Assembly (NCBI GenBank): GCA_963422615.1
Contig: OY730414.1
Coordinates: 2,340,302-2,404,301, forward strand
Reading direction: 5' to 3'
Length of the DNA stretch: 64,000 nt
Source of the DNA: Longimicrobiales bacterium
GTDB lineage: Bacteria; Gemmatimonadota; Gemmatimonadetes; Longimicrobiales; Gaopeijiaceae
Below, one piece after another: positions 37,690-48,524 of this stretch. The notes under the pieces were generated by a model. That model worked only from the letters and a program-made list of their open reading frames with translations, made no database searches and was not told the DNA's origin. Position 1 is the stretch's first letter, and every line of letters starts with the position of its first letter. Both the position numbers and the translations under genes were made by a program.

Positions 37690-40600
37690 TTGCTCTCGGA
37701 AGAACTGTCCGAACCCGTGACCGGACGGACGGACCGGGCAGTCGCCATTGCCCGAGATTTCTTCGGGATTGACGGGGAGGCCGTGGCCCTGCCCGGAGAA
37801 CTGGACCTGAACTTCCGGATTTCGGCACCCGAAGGGCCGGTCGTCCTGAAGCTGAGTCCAGAATCGCGCCGACCGCTCTTCGAAATGACCGCCGCCTGTC
37901 TGGGGCACATCTACGGCGCAACCCTGTCCGGGCAGATCCCGGGCCTGGTGTCCCCGGTTGCGACCATCGCTGGGTCTTCCGGGCTTGCGGCCACCCGGCA
38001 GGCGCGGCAGACCCGCAGACCCCCCTCCCCAATTGTGAACGTGGACTTCGAAGGCGTGCCCTTCGTTGCATCCGCGATTACCTACATCAAGGGGGTCCCG
38101 ATGGCGACGGTAAGCCCCCGGCGCATGGAGCTGCTGGAGGCGCTAGGCAGCTTCCTTGCCCAGCTCGACATGGCCCTGTCCGACTTCGACCATCCGGAGC
38201 TCGATCGCGCCTTCGGATGGCGAATGGAGTCGGCAGCGGAGGTCATTCGGGATCGCCCGGAAGGGCTCCCTGCCCCCCAGGCAGAGCTAACAGAAGCCAC
38301 TCTGGAGCGGGCACTTCAGCGATTCGGCCCGGACCGCGCCGACCTTCCGACTGGCGTCATCCACAACGACGCCAACGACTACAACGTGATCGTCATCCCG
38401 ACGCTGAACGGCCCCCGCCTGGCAGGCCTGATCGACTTCGGCGATGTCGTTCGGAGCTGGCGGATCGTCGAGCCCGCGGTGGCCGCAGCGTACGCCATGA
38501 TGGGTTTGGCGGATCCGGTGGCGGCGGCCTGCGCCATCGCGAAGGGGTACGCGTCGGTCACTCCTCTCCGAGGGCCCGAGTGCCGGGCCTTCATCCCCTT
38601 GGCCGCACTTCGGCTCTGCCTTTCGCTGTGCATCCAGTCCCGACAGATTCGACAGCAGCCGGAAAACGAGTACCTGGCGGTGAGCCAGCGGCCTGCGTGG
38701 AGGCTCCTTCAAGCCCTGGCCGACATCGATTGGCGGATCGCCGAGTTCAGGATCCGCGAAGCCTGCGGCCTCCCGCCCAATCCTCGTTGCCACGCCGTCA
38801 CTTCCTGGCTCCGCCGCGCCCAACCCCGGGCATCCCTTCTGGCCCCCGCTCGCCTTGCCCGGCCCCGCGTCATCGACTTGTCGGTGGAAAGCCCGGATTC
38901 GCCCCAACCGGCTGGGTGGACAGGGGAAGACCCAGCCGCGCGCACCGTCCAGAAACGCCCTGACGGCGCTCGGGGCGACCCGGCGTTTTCGGATGGTTTC
39001 TGCGAGGACACCGGCCCTTGGGCGGGCTGGATCGGGGCTCTTCTCCTTCCCGGAGCGACGGTTGGCGTGGGGCGATACGGGGAAGCCCGGCTATTGTACG
39101 ATGCGCCCGGCTTCGTGGGCGAAGGGAACGACGGTCCCGAAGCGCGCACCGTCCATCTGGGGGTGGACCTGTTTGCGCCGGCGGGTACCGCCGTATACGC
39201 CCCCCTGCCAGGGGCCGTTCTCTCCGTGGCCAATAACACCCGGCCTCTGGACTACGGACCGACCGTGATTCTCCGCCACACCACCGGTGACGGCACCGGA
39301 TTCCACACGCTGTACGGCCACCTGAACGAAGCTTCTCTGCACCACCTGGTGCCGGGCCAGCGGGTGGAAGCGGGGGAGATCGTCGGCTGGCTCGGAGTTG
39401 CTTCGGTCAACGGAGGGTGGCCTCCCCACCTTCACTTCCAGGTCATGGCTCTGGATCCCCTTTACGACGTCGATTCGGGATCCCCCCAGGGAAGGGACGA
39501 TGCACGCCCCTGGACTACCGAAGGCACGGGCGCAAGAGATGCGGGCAACTTCCCCGCCGTCGTCCTTCCCCGTCTTCGCGCGGTCTGGGAGTCCGTCCTT
39601 CCCGACCCGAGCCCACTCGTCGGCTTTTCCGAAGCGGCCGCCCAGTCTCTCCGACCCCTTTCAGATCCCGACGCCGTTACCGCCCGGATTCGGTTGCTGC
39701 GTAAATCGCATTTGCCTCCGTCTCTCAGCCTGTCTTATGCAACACCCGTTCACGTCGTGCGCGGCTCCGGTCCGTACCTCTTCGACAGGGAGGGCTGCCG
39801 CTATCTGGACACTGTGAACAACGTCGCCCACGTGGGACACGCGAACCCGCGGGTCACCCGCGCGATCGTCCGCCAGTCCCGCGTTCTCAACACCAATACC
39901 CGGTACCTTCACGAAGAGATTGTTGCCCTGGCCGAAGCCCTGCTGGCGCACTTCCCCGCTCCCCTGGACGTCGTCTACTTGGTGTGCTCCGGCAGCGAAG
40001 CCAACGAACTGGCGCTGCGGCTGGCTCGCTGTCATACGGGGAACGACGGCGTGGTCGTCCTCGAAGGGGGATATCACGGGAACACCGGAGGGCTCGTGGA
40101 AGTCAGCCCCTACAAGTTCGACGGACCCGGCGGGGCCGGGGCGAGCCCCCGAGTGGCGGTCGCCCCCATGCCGGATCCATACCGGGGGCGGCACCGGAGG
40201 AACGAAGGAGGAACGGGAACGGAAGAGGAGCTGGGAACGCTCTACGCCCGAGAAGCGATAAGGGCAACGGAACGGCTGGCCGACCCCGGGGTCGCGGCCT
40301 TCGTCGCCGAACCCATCCTGGGCTGTGGAGGACAGATCGAGCCTCCCGCCGGTTACCTGAAGGCGGTGTACCGGTACATCCGAGGTGTAGGCGGAGTCTG
40401 CGTGGCCGATGAAGTCCAGACCGGGTTTGGGAGGACGGGAGACGCTTTCTGGGCATTCGAACTTCAGGGCGTTGTGCCCGACATCGTGACCCTGGGCAAA
40501 CCCATGGGGAACGGCCACCCGGTAGGCGCCGTGGTGACGAACCGGGAGATCGCCGATTCCTTCGCCAACGGCATGGAATACTTCAACACTTTCGGCGGAA

Positions 40601-40983
40601 ACCCCGTTTCCTGCGCCGCGGCTCGGGCCGTCCTCTCGGAGATTCGGGACCGGGACTTGCGGGAGCGGGCTCGAAAGGTTGGCGGCGACCTCCTTGGCAT
40701 GCTGGGGCAATTGGCAAAGGACCGACCCGTTGTAGGCGACGTGCGGGGCCGGGGGATGTTTCTGGGCATCGAACTCGTCCGGGATCCCGCCGCCCGGGCG
40801 CCCTTTCCAGAGGCCTGCACCTACGTAGTCGAACGAATGCGGGAAAGAGGGATTTTCACCAGCGCGGACGGACTTGACCGAAACGTCCTCAAGTTCAAGC
40901 CGCCCCTGGTGTTCGGCGAAGACGACGCCCTCCGCTTCGTCGAAACCCTGGATGCCATCCTCGCAGAGACCGCTCTGGAGTGA
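37690..40983 (+). CDS. Fusion of phosphotransferase (APH/kinase-like), M23 peptidase-like and class III aminotransferase domains
   Basis: IHNDANDYN and IDFGD; HLGVDL, YGHL and PPHLHFQ; SGSEANELA, DEVQTGFGR, TLGKPMGNG. Confidence 0.9.
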   Translation: MLSEELSEPVTGRTDRAVAIARDFFGIDGEAVALPGELDLNFRISAPEGPVVLKLSPESRRPLFEMTAACLGHIYGATLSGQIPGLVSPVATIAGSSGLAATRQARQTRRPPSPIVNVDFEGVPFVASAITYIKGVPMATVSPRRMELLEALGSFLAQLDMALSDFDHPELDRAFGWRMESAAEVIRDRPEGLPAPQAELTEATLERALQRFGPDRADLPTGVIHNDANDYNVIVIPTLNGPRLAGLIDFGDVVRSWRIVEPAVAAAYAMMGLADPVAAACAIAKGYASVTPLRGPECRAFIPLAALRLCLSLCIQSRQIRQQPENEYLAVSQRPAWRLLQALADIDWRIAEFRIREACGLPPNPRCHAVTSWLRRAQPRASLLAPARLARPRVIDLSVESPDSPQPAGWTGEDPAARTVQKRPDGARGDPAFSDGFCEDTGPWAGWIGALLLPGATVGVGRYGEARLLYDAPGFVGEGNDGPEARTVHLGVDLFAPAGTAVYAPLPGAVLSVANNTRPLDYGPTVILRHTTGDGTGFHTLYGHLNEASLHHLVPGQRVEAGEIVGWLGVASVNGGWPPHLHFQVMALDPLYDVDSGSPQGRDDARPWTTEGTGARDAGNFPAVVLPRLRAVWESVLPDPSPLVGFSEAAAQSLRPLSDPDAVTARIRLLRKSHLPPSLSLSYATPVHVVRGSGPYLFDREGCRYLDTVNNVAHVGHANPRVTRAIVRQSRVLNTNTRYLHEEIVALAEALLAHFPAPLDVVYLVCSGSEANELALRLARCHTGNDGVVVLEGGYHGNTGGLVEVSPYKFDGPGGAGASPRVAVAPMPDPYRGRHRRNEGGTGTEEELGTLYAREAIRATERLADPGVAAFVAEPILGCGGQIEPPAGYLKAVYRYIRGVGGVCVADEVQTGFGRTGDAFWAFELQGVVPDIVTLGKPMGNGHPVGAVVTNREIADSFANGMEYFNTFGGNPVSCAAARAVLSEIRDRDLRERARKVGGDLLGMLGQLAKDRPVVGDVRGRGMFLGIELVRDPAARAPFPEACTYVVERMRERGIFTSADGLDRNVLKFKPPLVFGEDDALRFVETLDAILAETALE

Positions 40984-41127
40984 GTCGCCAAACGGGGGGG
41001 CGACGCGCCGGACGGCGTAGCAGCAGACACGTCGCGCTGGAACCGCCTATGGTGAAGATGCGCAGCTATGACGAGCTATGGCCCTATGGGAAGGCGTGGC
41101 GGAAGATCAAATCCAGGGACGGCTTTC

Positions 41128-41748
41128 TCAGGGATAGAGGCGCCGCCGGGTCCAGGGGCCGCCGTCAACCCGAAGGTACAAGAACCTGTCGTGAAGTCTG
41201 GACGATCCCTCCTGCCAGAACTCCATCGCATCCGGAACCAGCCGAAATCCCGACCAGTCGGGCGGTCTCGGGATTGAGCGACCGGCAAAGCGGGCCTCCA
41301 AGGCCCGGACCCGGGCCTCCAGGGTGGGGCGGCCCTCCAGCTCCCGGCTCTGTTCGGAGGCCCACGCCCCGATCCGGCTTCCCCGGGGGCGGGTGGCAAA
41401 ATAGGCGTCGGCCTCGTTCGGCGACACCGATTCGACAGGCCCTCGGATCCTGGCTTGGCGGCCCAGCGGTTCCCAGTAGAAGGTCAATCCGGCCTTCGGG
41501 TGGGCGGCAAGCGACCGGGCCTTGCCGGACTTCAGGTTGGTGTAGAAGACGAACCCTCGGCCATCGAAGTGCTTCACCAGGACCATCCGGCCTTCGGGGG
41601 TCCGGTTCGGCCCCAGCGTAGAGAGACATGCCGCCTCCGCCAGCCCTACCCGGGGGTCGGCCCGGGCTTCGGCAAACCAGCGACGAAACTGCTGGACGGG
41701 GTCGGCCAATAGACCGGACGCTGCAAGCCGCTCCGATTCAGGGGCCAT
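41128..41748 (-). CDS. pdxH: Pyridoxamine 5'-phosphate oxidase
   Basis: RMVLVK, FVFYTN..S.K, YFATRPRGSRIGAWASEQS, EFWQ...RLHDR. Confidence 0.95.
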   Translation of the reverse strand: MAPESERLAASGLLADPVQQFRRWFAEARADPRVGLAEAACLSTLGPNRTPEGRMVLVKHFDGRGFVFYTNLKSGKARSLAAHPKAGLTFYWEPLGRQARIRGPVESVSPNEADAYFATRPRGSRIGAWASEQSRELEGRPTLEARVRALEARFAGRSIPRPPDWSGFRLVPDAMEFWQEGSSRLHDRFLYLRVDGGPWTRRRLYP

Positions 41749-43168
41749 GTCGGATCCGGTCTTCCGGGGTCCCGCCCAAGCCCAGCTGGAACGCCAGGGA
41801 TTCCTCGATTCCCTGGTAGAAGAAACGAAAACCCTTGCGCCGGGCGGCCTCCGGGAAGACGCGGGCGCCTTCCAGAAGAAGCTTCTTTCCCATTTCTCCG
41901 AACACGGCCTTGACGGCCAGGGACGGCACCGGGACCAAGGTGGGGCGCTTCAAGACTCGGCCCAGGATCGTGGTGAAGGTCGCATTGGGCACGGGATGGG
42001 GAGCCGTGGCGTTCAGGGGTCCCCGCACCGAGGGCGTGGTCATCGCGTGGAAGACAAGAGCCACCAGGTCGTCGTGGTCGATCCAGCTGACGAACTGACG
42101 CCCGGTTCCCAGGCGCCCGCCGATGCCCAGCTTGAAGGGGAGCAGCATCGTCCCCAAGGCGCCACCAGCCGGACTCAGGACGAGCCCCGTACGCAAGAGG
42201 ACGACCCGGATACCCGATCTCCTCGCCTTGCAGGCCTCGGCTTCCCATTGTTGGCAGAGCTCTGGAAGAAATCCCTTTCCGAGCTTGCTGGCTTCGGTGA
42301 TGCGTTCATTGCCCCGATCGCCGTAAACCCCGATTGCAGAAGAGGATATGAGAACGGAAGGAGGCTTCCGCAACCGGTTCAACGCGCCCACGAGGACCCG
42401 GGTTCCCGTTACCCGACTCTTCCAGATCGCCCTCTTCTTCGGCGAGGTCCACCTCCTCCCCAAAAGGCTCTCCCCGGCGAGGTGCACGACGGCATCCACG
42501 CCTTCCAGGCGCTCCCCTTCGATCCTCCCCTCCATCGGATCCCAGAACACTTCGCCCTTGGCCCGGTCGGGTTTCCGGCGGACGACCGGGAGGACCGTGT
42601 GGCCCCCCGTCGAAAGAAACCGGCACAAGGCGGAGCCGACGAAGCCGCTGGCCCCGGTCACGGCCACGGTGAGGGGAGCCCCCACGTAGCCCGCGTGACG
42701 TCCCAGATCGTGGACAAGGCGCTGTCGCCTGAAGCGAAACAGCCGCTCCAGCTCTCTTTCCACCACGGGCCGAGCGAAGGACCCGGTGGCGAAACCCAGA
42801 GGAGACGGCGGTTCCCAGGCGACATGATCGCGGATCACGGTGGAGCCGCCATCCCGACGCTCGAACTCGTGGGTATGCACCCAGGATCCCAAGGGGCCGG
42901 ATTCCTGCTCTTCCCGGAAGAGCCTTCCCCGCTCAAAGGACGTATGACGCAGCTTCCAGTCCACCTTCAAGGGTCCGCGGCGAATTCTGACGTGGACCCG
43001 GCCACCGTCTTCGATCCTGCCTGTCCGGGAAACGATACGGGCGTCCTCCCAGGGAGGCATGAGGCGCTCAAGGGCGCCGGGCCGCATATGCCAGTCGAAG
43101 ACTTTGTCGACTGAAAACGGGAGTTCGCTTTCGTGGAGGAAGTCGATCATGGCCCTTTCGTCAATCAT
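41738..43168 (-). CDS. TIGR01777 family oxidoreductase/epimerase with N-terminal SRPBCC domain
   Basis: WHMRPGALERLMPPW; VTGASGFVG, VHLAGE, LRTGLVLSP.GGAL, WIDHDD. Confidence 0.9.
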   Translation of the reverse strand: MIDERAMIDFLHESELPFSVDKVFDWHMRPGALERLMPPWEDARIVSRTGRIEDGGRVHVRIRRGPLKVDWKLRHTSFERGRLFREEQESGPLGSWVHTHEFERRDGGSTVIRDHVAWEPPSPLGFATGSFARPVVERELERLFRFRRQRLVHDLGRHAGYVGAPLTVAVTGASGFVGSALCRFLSTGGHTVLPVVRRKPDRAKGEVFWDPMEGRIEGERLEGVDAVVHLAGESLLGRRWTSPKKRAIWKSRVTGTRVLVGALNRLRKPPSVLISSSAIGVYGDRGNERITEASKLGKGFLPELCQQWEAEACKARRSGIRVVLLRTGLVLSPAGGALGTMLLPFKLGIGGRLGTGRQFVSWIDHDDLVALVFHAMTTPSVRGPLNATAPHPVPNATFTTILGRVLKRPTLVPVPSLAVKAVFGEMGKKLLLEGARVFPEAARRKGFRFFYQGIEESLAFQLGLGGTPEDRIRHGP

Positions 43169-43548
43169 GGCCCTCTTGGGGTCGAGAATCTAGGCCGGCG
43201 CCCTGCCCCGATGCAAAGCTAATGGAACTCCGGTTCAAGTCCGGCTTCTCTCCGGGGCCGGCGCCAGGCACCCGGGGGGACAGCGCTCAGGCAGCGCCCT
43301 CCCAAGCCCCCCGAAATCCTGGGGCGCACCCGCCGATACGGATCGAATCGGGACCCGGACCCCGGGCACGTGCTCTGGACCCGGGACCCAACCGGGTGTA
43401 ATGATGGTGGGGGTCGTATCGCCACCCGAAACCCATATACGGGTCTCAAGCGTATCGGATTGACGAGCGTCCCAGGCTCTGCAATCGTCCGGCTCGGAGC
43501 CCCATTTTGAGGCCCCTGAAAAATCTTCTGAAGAGCGAGGTGTGGATC

Positions 43549-45939
43549 GTGAAAAAGTCCTTTCGAATTCTGGCCCTTCCGCTTCTTTCCGGGCTGCTCG
43601 CCACTGTCGCGGGCACTTCGCCAGCCACCGCCCAGGGTTACGGAGCGTCCGCCGCCGTGGGAGCCGAAGATGTCCTGGTAGGCGAATCCCTGAACGAGCG
43701 GGCTCCGGGATACGTGTATGTTTACCGCAAGGGCGATGGGGGCTGGAGCCAAGTCCAGCGGCTGGCCGCTTCCGATGCCGTTATCGGGGATCACTTCGGG
43801 CGCGCCCTCGGGATCGCAGGCGGCGACTTGCTGGTCGGATCCACCGTCATTGACGACACCCGGGGTGCCCTGTACGTCTTCAGAAGGGATGGTGACGGAA
43901 ACTGGGGCGAAGTACAGAAAGTCGTTGCAGGAGACGGAGCCGCAGGCGACGCCTTCGGAAGGACCATCGCCGCAGCGGACGATATTGCCTTGGTGGCCGC
44001 CTGGGGATCCGGGGAGTCCCGGGGCGCCGTGTACGTATTCGCCCGGGGTGAAACCGGGGAGTGGACGGAAGAGGCAAGGCTTGCCGCCGACGACGGAGAG
44101 CCGAACGACATGTTCGGCTTCTCTTTGGCAACAGACGGCGAATATGCCCTCGTCGGCACGCCGCGAAAGAACGAAAGACGAGGCGCGGTTTATGCCTTTC
44201 GGAGGGAGGCCGACAGAAGCTGGACCGACATCGGACGGATCAACATGGAGGAAGCCGAAAGTAACACGGACTTCGGCTTTGCCTTAGCCGTTCGCCACGG
44301 TATGGCCATGATCGGCGCTCCCGGGGAGGACCTATCCATTGGCGCCGTCCGCAGTTATCTGCTTGATGAGCCCTCGGGGGAGTGGCGACCGGACGCCCTG
44401 CACCGGCCTTTCGACGGTCGGCCCGGGACCCGTTTCGGGACGACCATTCGTCATACCGACCTCCAAGTCTGGATCGGAGCCCCCGGAGCCGCGGGGTTCG
44501 AGGGACGCTCGTACGTTCTGTCGTGGGACGAAGACGGCGGGGAATGGGGGAACTTGGCAAAGTTCGCAGCGGTCGACCTGACCCGGGGTGATGGGATGGG
44601 GCAGGTGATTGCGCTGGGAGAGGGCTTCGGGGTCGCGGGACTCCAGGGAGACGACTTCGGTGCCGGAACCGCCCTGATTCTGGAGGAGGATGGCGGAGTC
44701 TGGAGGACCGCCGTCAAGGTGGCGAGCGAAGTCACTCCCCTTGAAGCCATTACCGGCAGCGAAGTGGCGTGCGAAGACGGCCAAGCCAACGAATTCACCT
44801 GTACCGACGTCGATATCGTTTCCTTTCTTCCCGTACAGGCAATCGGCGGAAGCCGCGGGGTTGAAGTCAATGACGTCTGGGGTTGGACAGACCCGGTGAC
44901 GGGAACGGAGTGGGCCCTGGTCGGACGCTACGACGGCACGTCCTTCATTGACCTGAGTGATCCGGCAAATCCGGTGTACGCAGGCGACCTGCCCCTCACG
45001 GAAGGCGCGAGACCGAGCGTATGGCGGGACATCAAGGTGTACCGGGACCATGCGTTCATCGTAGCCGACGGGGCCAACGAACACGGAATGCAGGTCTTTG
45101 ATCTGACCCAACTCCGGGATCCGAGGAATGGCCCCGTCACCTTCCAAGCGACGGCTCTGTACGACAGAATTCACAGTGCCCACAATATCGTGATCAACGA
45201 AGAAACCGGCTTTGCATACGCGGTGGGCAGCAGCGGCGGGGGCAATACGTGTGGCGGGGGTCTCCACATGATCGACATTCGAGATCCCGTCGGCCCCGTC
45301 TTCGTCGGGTGCTTCACCGACCCGTCCAGGATCCACAACCGCCTCCGGGGATACAGCCACGACGCCATGTGCGTCAACTACAGGGGCCCCGACTCCGAGC
45401 ACCAGGGTAAAGAAATCTGCTTCGGTTCCAACGAGAAGGCGATCAGCATCGCCGACGTGTCGGACAAGGATGCCCCCGTTGCGCTAGCGACGGAGAGCTA
45501 TCCTGGCGTGGCCTACTCCCACCAGGGATGGATCGACGAGAATCACGAGTACTTCTATACGAACGACGAGCTGGACGAGCTGGAGGGCACGGTTGCCGGC
45601 ACCCGCACTTTGGTGTGGGATGTGAAGGATCTGGACGATCCGATTTTGGTGAAACAGTACGTCTCCGAAAACCAGTCCTCCGATCACAACCTTTACATCC
45701 TGGGCGACCGCATGTACCAGTCCAACTACGTGAGCGGCCTACGGATCCTGGACATCTCGGACCGTGAAAACCCCGAGGAAGTCGCCTACTTCGATACGGT
45801 GCCGTGGACTGAAGACGCCCCCGGCTTTGACGGCTCGTGGAGCAACTACCCCTATTTCAGGAGCGGAATTATCGTCGTGACCTCGGGCAAGGAAGGCGTG
45901 TTCTTCTTGAGAAACGTAAGAAGGGAACTGATTCCCTGA
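43549..45939 (+). CDS. Choice-of-anchor B family protein with N-terminal FG-GAP-like repeats (copy 1)
   Basis: Signal peptide; FG..../GAP/GAVYVF repeats; NDVWGWTDP, WRDIKVY, AHNIVINE, YSHDA, YSHQGW, NDELDE, DHN, WSNYPYF. Confidence 0.88.
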   Translation: MKKSFRILALPLLSGLLATVAGTSPATAQGYGASAAVGAEDVLVGESLNERAPGYVYVYRKGDGGWSQVQRLAASDAVIGDHFGRALGIAGGDLLVGSTVIDDTRGALYVFRRDGDGNWGEVQKVVAGDGAAGDAFGRTIAAADDIALVAAWGSGESRGAVYVFARGETGEWTEEARLAADDGEPNDMFGFSLATDGEYALVGTPRKNERRGAVYAFRREADRSWTDIGRINMEEAESNTDFGFALAVRHGMAMIGAPGEDLSIGAVRSYLLDEPSGEWRPDALHRPFDGRPGTRFGTTIRHTDLQVWIGAPGAAGFEGRSYVLSWDEDGGEWGNLAKFAAVDLTRGDGMGQVIALGEGFGVAGLQGDDFGAGTALILEEDGGVWRTAVKVASEVTPLEAITGSEVACEDGQANEFTCTDVDIVSFLPVQAIGGSRGVEVNDVWGWTDPVTGTEWALVGRYDGTSFIDLSDPANPVYAGDLPLTEGARPSVWRDIKVYRDHAFIVADGANEHGMQVFDLTQLRDPRNGPVTFQATALYDRIHSAHNIVINEETGFAYAVGSSGGGNTCGGGLHMIDIRDPVGPVFVGCFTDPSRIHNRLRGYSHDAMCVNYRGPDSEHQGKEICFGSNEKAISIADVSDKDAPVALATESYPGVAYSHQGWIDENHEYFYTNDELDELEGTVAGTRTLVWDVKDLDDPILVKQYVSENQSSDHNLYILGDRMYQSNYVSGLRILDISDRENPEEVAYFDTVPWTEDAPGFDGSWSNYPYFRSGIIVVTSGKEGVFFLRNVRRELIP

Positions 45940-46055
45940 GCGGATAAGCGGTCGTGCTCGCCGCACTGCTGGCCCCCCAGTATGCGGTGGTGTACAATTC
46001 GGACCGAAACCCCAGCCAAATTTTCCCCACTGGCCCGAAAACTCAGGACTTGACA

Positions 46056-48506
46056 ATGCTCCCTAGCCCCGGATTGACCTTCGCTTTCGCCGCGTCCCTC
46101 CTTTTTGCCCCCCTTGAGGCGGGCGCCCAGAGCACGCCCGCCTCTTCCCCACCCCTCTCCCTTCCGGCCGGAGTCTCGGCGTTCGCCTCGGCCGTTACTG
46201 TGGAGGGCGGCGAGGTTTTCGTGGGCCGACCCGGAGGCGTGGATTTCTTCCCCATGCCGCCCAATCGGCCGGGAGGCGTCCACGTATTCACCCAATCGGG
46301 CGGTGCATGGTCCCAGACAGCCTTGGTTTCTCCGCCGGACGCCGAAGTGGGAACAGGCTACGGCACAAGTTTGGATGTCCAGGGCGATCTGATGGTGGTC
46401 GGAGCACCCGGAGAGGGGGCTGGAGCTGTCTACGTTTACCGGCGGACCGACGGGGCATGGACCCTCCAGGAACGCATCACATGGGAAGGGGCGGTTGCGG
46501 ACGCCCGTTTTGGGGCCGCGGTAGCCACCAACGGGACCGAAATTCTTGCAGGCGCCCCGGGAGCGGACAACGGCAACGGGGCCGTCGTCTTGCTCGCGGA
46601 CGGTGAAGCAGGCTGGGAGAGATCCCAGGTTCTCACGGCAGGGGGCAGCAACGAATCCGCCCGGGGTAGTGCCTTTGGTACCTCCCTGGACGTGGAGGAC
46701 GGGCTGGCCGCCATCGGGGCTCCCGGCGGCGACATCTCCTTGATTCCCGGCCCTGACCAGCCCTCTCTGATGCCCGGGTCCGTCTACGTCTTCACCCGGG
46801 AAGCCGACACCTGGTCCCAGGCCGCGCACTTGGCACCTCCCGGGAACGAACCCGCTTCCATGGGCCGGAGTGTCCAGGTATCCGAGGGCAGCATCTTCGC
46901 CGGGGCGCCCCTCGCCCAACAGGCCAGCGGCGCCGTGTATCAGTTCGAGAAGGACGACGGGGAATGGACCCTCGCAAACACCCTCCAGCCGGACTCCCCC
47001 GCTCCCGCCTCGTTTTTTGGGCTGGCGCTGGCTGTCTCCGGAGAAGATGTGGTGGCGGGCCTCCCTCTGGCCGGAGGGGGCACGGGAGGCGGTTTTGCTT
47101 TTCGTCGAAATGAATCGGGCGGCTGGAGGGAGGTTGCCGATTTCGGGCCCGGAGGACCCTTCAACTTCTACGGCCTGGCCGTGGCCGTCGGAGAAGAGGT
47201 CGCGGTGGTAGGAGCGCCGGGGGCCGACTTCTTCGAAGGAACGGGGCACATCTTCCGTCGCACTCCAGAGGGGTGGGAGCCCCAGGGAGCCATTATCGAC
47301 GACAACACCGGGATGGAAGCGGTGGTTGGAGAAGAACGGGAATGCGAAGAAGGCCAGGCGGGCGGCTTCGACTGCAGCGAAGTCAACTTGGTTTCCTTCT
47401 TGCCCGTCCGAGAGTTGGGTGGCGCACGGGGCGTGGTTGCCAACGACCTTTGGGGATGGACAGACCCGGAATCGGGGCGGGAGTACGCAATCGTGGGACG
47501 GACAGACGCCACGACCTTCGTCGACCTCACGAATCCGGGGAGCCCGGTCTACCTGGGTGAGTTGCCCCTCACCGAGGGGGCCACGCCGAATCTGTGGCGG
47601 GACATCAAGGTCTACGACAACCATGCGTTCATCGTTGCCGACAACGCGGGAGCCCATGGCGTTCAGGTATTTGACTTGACCCGCCTCCGGGATGTGACGG
47701 CGCCGCCCGTGACCTTCGAAGCTGACACCCGGTACGACGGCATCAGCTCGGCCCACAACATCGTGATCAACGAAGCGACGGGGTTTGCCTATGTGGTCGG
47801 CGCGTCGGGGGGCGGAGAAACATGCGGGGGCGGCCTCCACATGATCGACATCCGGGACCCGAAGAACCCGATGTTCTCGGGGTGTTTTTCGGATCCTGCG
47901 ACCGGAAACGCCGGCACCGGCTACAGCCACGACGCCCAGTGCGTCCGGTACCACGGCCCCGACGAGGCGTACCAGGACCGTGAAATCTGTTTCGGTGCCA
48001 ATGAAGACGCCCTGTCGATCGCCGACGTGACGGACAAGAGCGCTCCCGTGGTCCTCTCGTCTGCGGAGTACCCCAACACCGGATATCTTCACCAGGGGTG
48101 GGTCAGCGAAGATCACCGCTACTTCTACATGAACGACGAAACGGACGAACTGGCCGGAAACGTCTCCCGGACCCGGACCCTGATCTGGGACATACAGGTT
48201 CTGGAAGATCCCATGCTCGTCAAGCAACACTTCGGCACGACGGCATCTTCGGACCACAACCTGTATGTCCTTGGGGACTACATGTACCAAGCCAACTATG
48301 TGAGCGGACTGCGGGTTCTGGACATCTCCAATCCAGAGGAGCCGGAAGAAGTCGGCTTCTTTGACACGGTCTCTGCCGGGAACGATGGGCCCGGCTTCGC
48401 CGGAGCGTGGAGCGTGTACCCCTACTTCGAGAGCGGGCTGATCATCGTCTCAAGCATGCGGGAAGGCCTCTTCGTGCTCAAGAAGCGCCCGCCCCGGGTG
48501 TCCTAG
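46056..48506 (+). CDS. Choice-of-anchor B family protein with N-terminal FG-GAP-like repeats (copy 2)
   Basis: Same architecture and motifs as 43549..45939; tandem paralogue. Confidence 0.88.
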   Translation: MLPSPGLTFAFAASLLFAPLEAGAQSTPASSPPLSLPAGVSAFASAVTVEGGEVFVGRPGGVDFFPMPPNRPGGVHVFTQSGGAWSQTALVSPPDAEVGTGYGTSLDVQGDLMVVGAPGEGAGAVYVYRRTDGAWTLQERITWEGAVADARFGAAVATNGTEILAGAPGADNGNGAVVLLADGEAGWERSQVLTAGGSNESARGSAFGTSLDVEDGLAAIGAPGGDISLIPGPDQPSLMPGSVYVFTREADTWSQAAHLAPPGNEPASMGRSVQVSEGSIFAGAPLAQQASGAVYQFEKDDGEWTLANTLQPDSPAPASFFGLALAVSGEDVVAGLPLAGGGTGGGFAFRRNESGGWREVADFGPGGPFNFYGLAVAVGEEVAVVGAPGADFFEGTGHIFRRTPEGWEPQGAIIDDNTGMEAVVGEERECEEGQAGGFDCSEVNLVSFLPVRELGGARGVVANDLWGWTDPESGREYAIVGRTDATTFVDLTNPGSPVYLGELPLTEGATPNLWRDIKVYDNHAFIVADNAGAHGVQVFDLTRLRDVTAPPVTFEADTRYDGISSAHNIVINEATGFAYVVGASGGGETCGGGLHMIDIRDPKNPMFSGCFSDPATGNAGTGYSHDAQCVRYHGPDEAYQDREICFGANEDALSIADVTDKSAPVVLSSAEYPNTGYLHQGWVSEDHRYFYMNDETDELAGNVSRTRTLIWDIQVLEDPMLVKQHFGTTASSDHNLYVLGDYMYQANYVSGLRVLDISNPEEPEEVGFFDTVSAGNDGPGFAGAWSVYPYFESGLIIVSSMREGLFVLKKRPPRVS

Positions 48507-48524
48507 TCCTAACCCGACCCGGGC

